Shown here in pieces: positions 1 through 6,907 of a DNA stretch of 17,639 bases. The notes under the pieces were generated by a model that had not been told where the DNA came from, did not search any database, and saw only the letters and a program-made list of their open reading frames with translations. Source of the stretch: Gloeobacterales cyanobacterium (GTDB lineage Bacteria; Cyanobacteriota; Cyanobacteriia; Gloeobacterales; PMM-0068); the NCBI GenBank assembly GCA_038245785.1, contig JBBRSB010000046.1, positions 1 to 17,639 on the forward strand. Direction: 5' to 3'. Position 1 is the first letter of the stretch, and each line of letters begins with the position of its first letter. The translations under genes were made by a program, and so were the position numbers.

Positions 1-111
1 AGGACTATTTTTAAGGAGTCCATCGAGATGACCGATGACATTCTTGATGTTGGTGGATTCGTTATAAGTTGGTAGGACAAGAGAAATCATGGGGCGCTGA
101 GTATCTAGCAT
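1..111 (-). CDS. GT2 family glycosyltransferase (polyprenol-phosphate glycosyltransferase-like), 5' part; runs off the left edge
   Basis: Not in the ORF track. Manual translation from ATG at 111 gives MLDTQRPMISLVLPTYNESTNIKNVIGHLDGLLKNSP..., containing the GT2 N-terminal signature S-L-V-L-P-T-Y-N-E. Alternative start at ATG 90. Confidence 0.8.
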   Translation of the reverse strand, partial: MLDTQRPMISLVLPTYNESTNIKNVIGHLDGLLKNSP

Positions 112-429
112 TAGGATATTCCTAGGTAAAGTAGATAAGAAGTAAGTCACTAAGGTCAGGTCCAGGACGTAGCACAGACATAGCCCAGAGTAATGGTGGT
201 CAAGGCATAAAAGCCTCCATTGTTTGGGCCTATTCTACACAGTAAAAATAAAACCTCATGTATAGTGGATGACCTGGGAGGAAAGAAAACTCCCTGAAAT
301 CTATACGCAGTTAGCTAAAGATTGCAATGCAACTCGAATGGAGATGATCTCTACCCTTATGGAGTTATGTTCTGCATGTTTCAAAAGCTGGGGTTTTTGA
401 GTAACGTCTGCATAACAGCTCCTCAGCAG

Positions 430-1602
430 CTAGGTAGGATTTTGGTTAACCAAAATCCCTTTATCTCGCTTTATAGCAGTAACCAATAAAGCTAAGCGAA
501 TAACAGCAGATAAAGTAATAGTTACTCTAAAAAGTATCCTTCCAGCCAATTCTCTGTTTCTCATGTCATAAGCAATGGGAAAGTAGAAAAATGCAACCCA
601 AGAAAAGGCAACTGTAAGTTTTCTTATTAAAAGAGATTCTGAAAACACAGCAATTGGAATAATCCACAAGAAGTATTGTGGTGAATAAAAGACAGAGAAT
701 GTAATAAAGCCTACAATTGCTATTAGAAAAGCATCAACTAAAGATTCAAATGTTTTTGGCTTTTTCAATACTGGCAGCAAAGAAGAAGAGATTTGTAGAA
801 GCGGAGGCAATCCAGGAAAAATAGTAGCAATCCAACTCAGGCGAAATACGTCGTATGTACTTTCACCATTTGGTCCCCGCATACCATGAAAGGCATAGGG
901 AGCTAAAAGACCTTGCAGGCCAGCGTAAAGAAGCACCATCAAGTTGCCTGCAAGAAAAGGTATAAAGCAAATTATAGTATTCGTGATAACAGCTTTAATG
1001 CCTCGTTTATAAAAGATGAATATACAGTAAGAAGGAAGTAAGAATATAGCATAACCCTTCAAAGCAATTGTTATTCCAAGCCAAATTGACCCTCTTGTGT
1101 ACTTTTCATCACGAATTGCCATTAGAGCAAGCAGTGTTGTAACAGATGGGTAGATGTCAAACCTGAATAGAGCAAAGTAGACTGAGGCAGGAGCTATCCA
1201 AAGCCAGAGAGAGTTTCTTGACACCTTAGTGTAGGTTATAAATATGGCAAAAAGGTAGAGTAAAAAGCTAGTAGATGTCCAAACAAATGAAAAACTTTCT
1301 ATATCAGATGGAAAAGGATGAGTTACCTTGGCAACAAGCCGACAATACCCAAAAATCAAGTTGGCTAGTAATGGATATTCAGAAAAAACGTCTTTGTATA
1401 GTATTCCTTCTCCAACGATCCATCGACTTGATTGAAAGTAGACATTAATGTCAAAATCATCAAATAGTAGCCTAATTCCGAAGGGTCGGTGAAAGAACAA
1501 AAAATCCCAGGCTAAGTACATACCAATCAAACTTATGATTATAAAGGGAGCAAGTATATATGTTAGCTTTTCTCTAAAAGGGTTATTTTGGAATAGCCTC
1601 AT
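430..1602 (-). CDS. Multi-pass membrane glycosyltransferase, GT-C fold (GT87/DUF2029-like)
   Basis: 390 aa with many hydrophobic segments. Motifs DDFDINVY, LYKDVFSEYPLLA, FRFDIYP, GITIALKGY and VFYSPQYFLW are typical of GT87/DUF2029 lipid-sugar-dependent transferases. Confidence 0.75.
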   Translation of the reverse strand: MRLFQNNPFREKLTYILAPFIIISLIGMYLAWDFLFFHRPFGIRLLFDDFDINVYFQSSRWIVGEGILYKDVFSEYPLLANLIFGYCRLVAKVTHPFPSDIESFSFVWTSTSFLLYLFAIFITYTKVSRNSLWLWIAPASVYFALFRFDIYPSVTTLLALMAIRDEKYTRGSIWLGITIALKGYAIFLLPSYCIFIFYKRGIKAVITNTIICFIPFLAGNLMVLLYAGLQGLLAPYAFHGMRGPNGESTYDVFRLSWIATIFPGLPPLLQISSSLLPVLKKPKTFESLVDAFLIAIVGFITFSVFYSPQYFLWIIPIAVFSESLLIRKLTVAFSWVAFFYFPIAYDMRNRELAGRILFRVTITLSAVIRLALLVTAIKRDKGILVNQNPT

Positions 1603-1749
1603 TCTGGTTTCCTATTAAGATGGATATAATTGCGAAATATCGACTAATTTCTATTTCCCTTTAGCACTAATCTTAAAAATGCTAGTTATTTATATAGGGA
1701 TTGAGCAATGAAATCCTCTGCATACGCCATTACGCAAGAAGAGGAGAAA

Positions 1750-1866
1750 GTGATTGCCGAAATTATAGCCCTCTACTCCATCACTGACGATTTACTCAAG
1801 GCACTGGACTACCGTGAAGACTGTCGCTGACAGATGAGTGGCGCAGAAGTCAAGGTCAACGTATAG
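1750..1866 (+). pseudogene. Transposase N-terminal remnant, IS982-like
   Basis: GAGGAG RBS (1741-1746) then GTG. Translation MIAEIIALYSITDDLLKALDYREDCR*QMSGAEV resembles my recollection of the N-terminus of cyanobacterial IS982-family transposases (EIIAxYxIxDDLLKAxxHxEDxRxxMSDAEV). In-frame TGA at 1828-1830; the rest of the gene is missing. Confidence 0.55.
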
Positions 1867-1959
1867 AATCCAGGGCAAGCATTTTGAGCTGACGAATTGT
1901 AAGGATAAATAACATGCAGCACTCATAGGTATGCGCGAGATAATTCTATACTTGAAAAT

Positions 1960-2433
1960 CTATTTCGGATCTACTCGCATCAAAACCTGGCCAAACTCCA
2001 CAGGCTCCCCATTTTTTACACAGATCTCTACAATCCGCCCAGAGACCTCTGCTTCGATTTCATTCATCAGTTTCATCGCTTCAATGATGCACACCGACTG
2101 GTTTTGACCAATACGGTCATTGAGCTGGACAAAGGGAGATGCTTCAGGAGAAGGTGCCCTGTAGAATGTTCCGACCATGGGCGCTTTTATTTCCAGCAGA
2201 TGAGCCTCAGGTAGCGGGGCTTCCTCTGAAGTTGCAGAAGTAGCAGGTGCACTGGAAGACACGGCCACAGAGGCCGACTGCGATGACGGCCCCGCTATGT
2301 TTGCGGCAGGAACATGAACCACAGACTTGCGGATGGCCAGTTTGAAGTCTTCAGATTCAAGAACCAATTCCGATAGATTCGACTGATTGACAAAGGCAAT
2401 CAACTCCCGAATTTCAGCAAGGTCTATTTCCAC
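1960..2433 (-). CDS. accB: Acetyl-CoA carboxylase biotin carboxyl carrier protein
   Basis: Biotinylation motif [24 protein letters not shown] and an Ala/Ser/Pro linker. GTG start directly abuts the efp stop. Confidence 0.97.
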   Translation of the reverse strand: MEIDLAEIRELIAFVNQSNLSELVLESEDFKLAIRKSVVHVPAANIAGPSSQSASVAVSSSAPATSATSEEAPLPEAHLLEIKAPMVGTFYRAPSPEASPFVQLNDRIGQNQSVCIIEAMKLMNEIEAEVSGRIVEICVKNGEPVEFGQVLMRVDPK

Positions 2434-3006
2434 TTACTCACCACGCCCTAAATAAGTATCGGTCCGGGTATCAATCTTGAGACGCTCGCCGACATTGATA
2501 AATAGAGGCACACTCACAGTTGCGCCCCCTTCTACAATCGCCGGTTTAGTACCTCCTTGGGCCGTGTCACCTTTGAGCCCTGGATCAGTTTCAATCACTT
2601 CCCGGACCACGGTATTGGGCATTTCCACGCCAATTACTTTACGGCTACCACCTACCTCCAAAAAGAGAACCTGAACCTCCATCCCTTCTTTGAGATATTG
2701 TGGTTTCTCCATCTGGCTAGCATTCAGCCGCACTTCTTCGTAGCTTTCCATATCCATAAAGACGAAGTTTTCGTTGCCTTCAGCATAGGTGTATTGCACT
2801 TCCCGTTTATCGACAACGGCCTGTGGCACCATCTCTCCTGCGCGGAAGGTCTTCTCCAGGGTGGTACCATTCTCAACATTTTTTAATTTTGTTCGGACAA
2901 AAGCGGAGCCCTTCCCCGGTTTCACATGCAAAAATTCCACCACTCGAAAAGCAGAACCGTCAATCATGATGGTTGCGCCTGTACGAAAATCATTACTGGA
3001 AATCAT
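2434..3006 (-). CDS. efp: Elongation factor P
   Basis: Start corrected to ATG 3006 ([10 protein letters not shown]). Contains [33 protein letters not shown] and VPLFI motifs. Confidence 0.97.
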   Translation of the reverse strand: MISSNDFRTGATIMIDGSAFRVVEFLHVKPGKGSAFVRTKLKNVENGTTLEKTFRAGEMVPQAVVDKREVQYTYAEGNENFVFMDMESYEEVRLNASQMEKPQYLKEGMEVQVLFLEVGGSRKVIGVEMPNTVVREVIETDPGLKGDTAQGGTKPAIVEGGATVSVPLFINVGERLKIDTRTDTYLGRGE

Positions 3007-3143
3007 GGAGTGGCCCGTAGTGCTTTGCCAACGGATATTTTCCCCTAGTGAGCGCCACAAAACAATCCCTTGGGATGTTATCTGTTTCCCTGGGTAGCCT
3101 AAGTATGGACGCTACGTGCATCCTGTGACTTCTGGCAATTTTC

Positions 3144-4067
3144 ATGGCGCTCGACTGTTCTCACTGTAGTTCCCGTAATTTAGATGATGCACAGTTTTGT
3201 AGCAACTGCAAAGCGCCCCTTACCCAAATCCTCTACACCTTGCCTACGAGAACCCTTTTAGCTCAGGGGCAGTATCGAATTGATGCTGTTCTGGGCGAAG
3301 GTGCTTTTGGCATTACCTACAAGGGCATGGACCTGTCCAAGAACCAGCCTGTAGCAATTAAAGAACTTTTTCCCCATGGAGCTATCCGCCAAGGTCAAGG
3401 CTTCTTATTACCCAACAATCTTGATAACGCCGGGTTTATGGAACTATGTGAGCAATTCACCGTTGAAGGAAATTGTCTTAGTCAATTGAATGACCCTCAT
3501 ATCGTGAAAGTTCTAGCCCGTTTTAAAGAAAACGGCACCTTGTATACGGTCATGGAGTTTGTAGAAGGCCGGACCCTTCATCGTCTGGTCAAGGCGCGGG
3601 GGCCGCTGGAAGACAAGATCGTCCTCAACTATCTACGGCAAATCGGACGTGCCCTCTCCAAAGTTCATCAGCAGGGCTTTGTCCATCGAGATGTTAAACC
3701 CACCAATATCTTAGTGAATGCTGACCACCATGTAACCTTGATTGACTTCGGGTCTGCGTGGGCAATCGGTCAACCTGCGCCAAAGAGGGTGCTCACGCCT
3801 GGTTTTGCCCCTCCAGAACAATATATAGACAACACAGGCTACCCTGCCCTGGATGTCTACGCCCTCGCAAGCACAGGCTATTTTGCCCTCACGGGCCATA
3901 CTCCCATTCCCTCCCGCGACCGTTTGGAAGGACAGAAACTTTTGCCCTTCCAGCTATCGAATAAGCTCGTCACGGCCAGCACAGAGATGTTGATACTGAA
4001 AGGCATGGCCCTCAGCCCAGAGAACCGCTCGAAGAGCATTGGTCACTTTTTAGGAGCCCTAGTTTAG
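3144..4067 (+). CDS. Hanks-type Ser/Thr protein kinase with N-terminal Zn-ribbon
   Basis: CSHC...CSNC ribbon. Kinase motifs LGEGAFG, VAIKE, HRDVKPTN, DFG, TPGFAPPEQ and DVYALA are all intact. Confidence 0.93.
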   Translation: MALDCSHCSSRNLDDAQFCSNCKAPLTQILYTLPTRTLLAQGQYRIDAVLGEGAFGITYKGMDLSKNQPVAIKELFPHGAIRQGQGFLLPNNLDNAGFMELCEQFTVEGNCLSQLNDPHIVKVLARFKENGTLYTVMEFVEGRTLHRLVKARGPLEDKIVLNYLRQIGRALSKVHQQGFVHRDVKPTNILVNADHHVTLIDFGSAWAIGQPAPKRVLTPGFAPPEQYIDNTGYPALDVYALASTGYFALTGHTPIPSRDRLEGQKLLPFQLSNKLVTASTEMLILKGMALSPENRSKSIGHFLGALV

Positions 4068-4069
4068 AT

Positions 4070-5104
4070 TTACTGAGGGTCCACAGGGCAGGCAACCCCC
4101 GGAGAACAGATATTTCGGGCATAAGTTGTAGCACTGAACAAAAGCTGAGTAGCTGTTTTGGCTTTAGTGGCAGCATCTGCGTCGCTTTGAACGATATCTA
4201 CGCTGCCCTGGACTGAAACGGTAACTGATTGTGGATTAGTGGGTGCGTTAGCAATACGCACGGAATTCGCAGTGGCCAGATAGTCTGATACAGCCGCACC
4301 AGCTCCAAGGACAGGAGGGGTTAATACCCAAACATTAACCGCAGCAGCATTTAGAGACTTATTCTTCGACTGGCTGGACGCCGGAATACTACTCTCACTA
4401 GTACTGCCTGAGTAACCAAAATCATCAAAGGGAATCGGAACAGGGCCTGACTCCCAACGGTACAAAACTCTAGGACCCTTGAACGTACTTGTTGGTGTAG
4501 TAGTGTAGTAAACAACAAATTTGTAAGCAGGGACTGAACCGGAAGTACCGTAGGCAACTAAATTACAAATACTAGAGCTGCCCGTGGGACTACTTTCATC
4601 AAATGGAGCATTGTTCAATTTTGCTGAAGGAACTGCTAAAAACTCACCCTGAGGAATGGTGCTATAAGGGGAACATCCTGGTTCTGTAGACTTAGTGGAG
4701 CGTATCCAAAAAGCAAGTTCAATTTTGGCATTAGTTTTATTAACTAAATTTGCAATAGAGATATCAGCTCCTGTGTTGCTTGAAGCACCCTTGTCTTCAA
4801 TGATTGCATCATTGCCTGCCTCAAATCCTGTAGAACCTTGCCGAAGCCAAGCGGTACAATATACGTCAGCAGGACATACAACATCATTCTGACGATAGAT
4901 GTATCGTGCTTGCCTCAGATCTGTATTGATATAACTGACTGCTCCCTGCACATCCCCCTGTACATCACTGGTGGAAACATTTTTGACAGCACCACGAGAA
5001 AAATTGATCAGGATAAGCCCTAAGGATGTACTGAGTATTCCTGTCATTACACCTGTTACAAGGAGTTCTGCAAGCGTGACTCCTCTTGCTCTTCTGAGAT
5101 TCAT
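4070..5104 (-). CDS. Type IV minor pilin, PilW/PulJ-like
   Basis: Class III signal RRARG|VTLAELLV with E at +5 and a hydrophobic helix; later INTDLRQA, typical of PilW/PulJ-like pilins. ATGA overlap with the upstream gene. Confidence 0.8.
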   Translation of the reverse strand: MNLRRARGVTLAELLVTGVMTGILSTSLGLILINFSRGAVKNVSTSDVQGDVQGAVSYINTDLRQARYIYRQNDVVCPADVYCTAWLRQGSTGFEAGNDAIIEDKGASSNTGADISIANLVNKTNAKIELAFWIRSTKSTEPGCSPYSTIPQGEFLAVPSAKLNNAPFDESSPTGSSSICNLVAYGTSGSVPAYKFVVYYTTTPTSTFKGPRVLYRWESGPVPIPFDDFGYSGSTSESSIPASSQSKNKSLNAAAVNVWVLTPPVLGAGAAVSDYLATANSVRIANAPTNPQSVTVSVQGSVDIVQSDADAATKAKTATQLLFSATTYARNICSPGVACPVDPQ

Positions 5105-5649
5105 TGCACAGTCCTTACTTTGCCAAGCACAGTAGAAATTACTACTGCTTTACATGTTCGAGCCGTTTCACAAGCAGTGCGCCCTGCATCACTATCTAAG
5201 TAGTTGGTATTATCCATCATTAGGTAGACGGTGCGCAGTTGACCGACATTAGAAATTTCGCCTCGGAAATTAAATTTTGTGCGAAATGGAACGACTCCAT
5301 TTGTTTGAAGATTGATGTTATTAGGTAAGTTTTGCTCTTGTTTAAGAGTTGCAGCATTCCATTCCACCTCATCATTATTGCCATCATTAGTATCATCATT
5401 GTCATTTTCATAAATTCGGATTTTATTGTTAGGAGAAGGAAAAAACTGAATAGTCATGGAACGTGATTTGGATATGGCAAGCTGACGAGCATTTCGAATG
5501 GATTGAGCGATACTTTGCTGTGCTAAGCCTAGATTTTGTTGTTGAACTTGACCAGCAATACTAGCCCCTGCAACCGTAGCCATGATCCCAGTCATAGCCA
5601 CAACCACCAGGAGTTCAATTAATGAAAAACCACTTGCATTATTTCTCAT
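5101..5649 (-). CDS. Type IV minor pilin, FimT/GspH-like
   Basis: MRNNASG|FSLIELLVVVAM prepilin motif; SIRNARQLAISK, FNFRGEI and C-terminal ISTVLGKVR match the FimT/GspH pattern. Confidence 0.85.
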   Translation of the reverse strand: MRNNASGFSLIELLVVVAMTGIMATVAGASIAGQVQQQNLGLAQQSIAQSIRNARQLAISKSRSMTIQFFPSPNNKIRIYENDNDDTNDGNNDEVEWNAATLKQEQNLPNNINLQTNGVVPFRTKFNFRGEISNVGQLRTVYLMMDNTNYLDSDAGRTACETARTCKAVVISTVLGKVRTVQ

Positions 5650-6434
5650 GTCGGCTCCGCAATATCAGCGGTGAGGACAACCAAGGCTGCTCTATTGTCT
5701 AGGGCTGAAGCATCCCCAGTGAAAACAGGCAAAGCAGTCTGAGTTGTTGCACCTGTAGGTAGACAGTTCGCAGGTGTGGTGACACAAGCAGGAGCACAGT
5801 TTGCTCCTGTACATGTTGTTCCAGCACCCACTGCTCTATAGATGCGTACTACAACACGGCGGGAACTATTAGGCGTAAGGTCAGCAGCCCCATCTCCATC
5901 ATTATCTTGATCTCCCCAGAAAAGCTGCGCGATAAAGCGCACAGGCTTACTTTTATTTACAGCAGCTTCAGAATCTCTATATATACAGGAAGCACCTGAA
6001 GTAATTGTTGTAGTCACCAAATTTTCTTGTATTGCATAATTAACAATGCCCGCGTCATTGACCGGAACATCATTATGATTGGTAAGGAGCACTTTTGTAA
6101 CCTGTTTAGGTCTAGCGCTCGTAACTTTCAAACTACAGTCATCTTTATCTATTTCTCCAAATAAAGGTAGCAAACCTGGAGTGTAGTTCACTGCTCTGTT
6201 TACAGCAGAACCTGGATTGAGCTGAGACCAGTAACGGCGGCTTTCCTCCAGTTGAATCTGAGCTAAATCAGTGGCCTCAGCAATAAGTTGCTGTTGCTGG
6301 CGTAGCAGAGAAGCTCCGGTTGCTAAGGGCAGTAAACCGACAGCAAAGATGGAAAAAACCACAATGGCCACCAAGATTTCTACTAGAGTTAGCCCTTGAA
6401 CACCCCGTTTGTTAGAGAGTTGTTTAGTGACCAT
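5646..6434 (-). CDS. Type IV minor pilin, PilV/PulI-like
   Basis: Start placed at ATG 6434 behind a GGAGCAGGAG RBS. KRGVQG|LTLVEILVAIVV prepilin motif; ATDLAQIQLEE is characteristic of PilV-like pilins. Confidence 0.8.
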   Translation of the reverse strand: MVTKQLSNKRGVQGLTLVEILVAIVVFSIFAVGLLPLATGASLLRQQQQLIAEATDLAQIQLEESRRYWSQLNPGSAVNRAVNYTPGLLPLFGEIDKDDCSLKVTSARPKQVTKVLLTNHNDVPVNDAGIVNYAIQENLVTTTITSGASCIYRDSEAAVNKSKPVRFIAQLFWGDQDNDGDGAADLTPNSSRRVVVRIYRAVGAGTTCTGANCAPACVTTPANCLPTGATTQTALPVFTGDASALDNRAALVVLTADIAEPT

Positions 6435-6894
6435 GTGCTCCTGCTCCGTACTTACCATAGTCAATGCGTATTTTCATAGATTCAGGCAATTGCTCAACAT
6501 CCTGCTGCGAGATGAACCAATTAGCACCAAAGCTCGTAGTAACTACGTATCCATCACCCTGAGGAGTTGCTGAGTTGATCTCTGAGGGAAGAAGCATGCC
6601 AAGCGCTTTTGGATCTGGCGGTGTTGGCTGAGTAATTTCAGGCGCTAGAGATGCTATGCCAGGAGAGGCCGCAGATGGAACTGTTGTTTCAGAAGTTCCT
6701 GGAGAAGAAATTGCGTTAGGAGAAGTAGTTCCAGACTTATCCAATGCCAGTGGAGGCGTTACTAGAGTTGAGTTGCTACTTACGTTCGCAGGCTTACTGG
6801 TTGACACAGACACCAAGAGCAATAAGAAGACAGCAACTGAAACGATAGCTCCTGAAATTAAAAATGGTTGAGTATTATTCTTCTTGACACGCAT
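6424..6894 (-). CDS. Hypothetical membrane-anchored protein with Ser/Pro/Thr linker
   Basis: AAGGAG RBS, basic N-terminus plus one hydrophobic helix, low-complexity linker and a ~55-aa C-terminal domain. Fills the gap between two pilin genes and overlaps the next start. Confidence 0.7.
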   Translation of the reverse strand: MRVKKNNTQPFLISGAIVSVAVFLLLLVSVSTSKPANVSSNSTLVTPPLALDKSGTTSPNAISSPGTSETTVPSAASPGIASLAPEITQPTPPDPKALGMLLPSEINSATPQGDGYVVTTSFGANWFISQQDVEQLPESMKIRIDYGKYGAGAHGH

Positions 6895-6907
6895 AGCATG
6901 CTCCTTA

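Noticed and set aside
124..220. GGAGG followed by minus-strand micro-ORFs (MEAFMP*, MSVLRPGPDLSDLLLIYFT*) upstream of the GT2 gene
   Set aside because: Too short, with no recognisable similarity; cannot distinguish a leader peptide or decayed gene from chance.
373..1919. 9-bp inverted match CTGCATGTT (373-381) / AACATGCAG (1911-1919) flanking the GT87 gene, and an attC-like TAAC...CATAAC at 402-416
   Set aside because: The match is short and does not extend cleanly. There is no target-site duplication, complete attC hairpin or integrase.
3007..3060. N-terminal extension of EF-P in the ORF track
   Set aside because: Homology begins at MISSNDFR (ATG 3006); the upstream start is an ORF-caller artefact.
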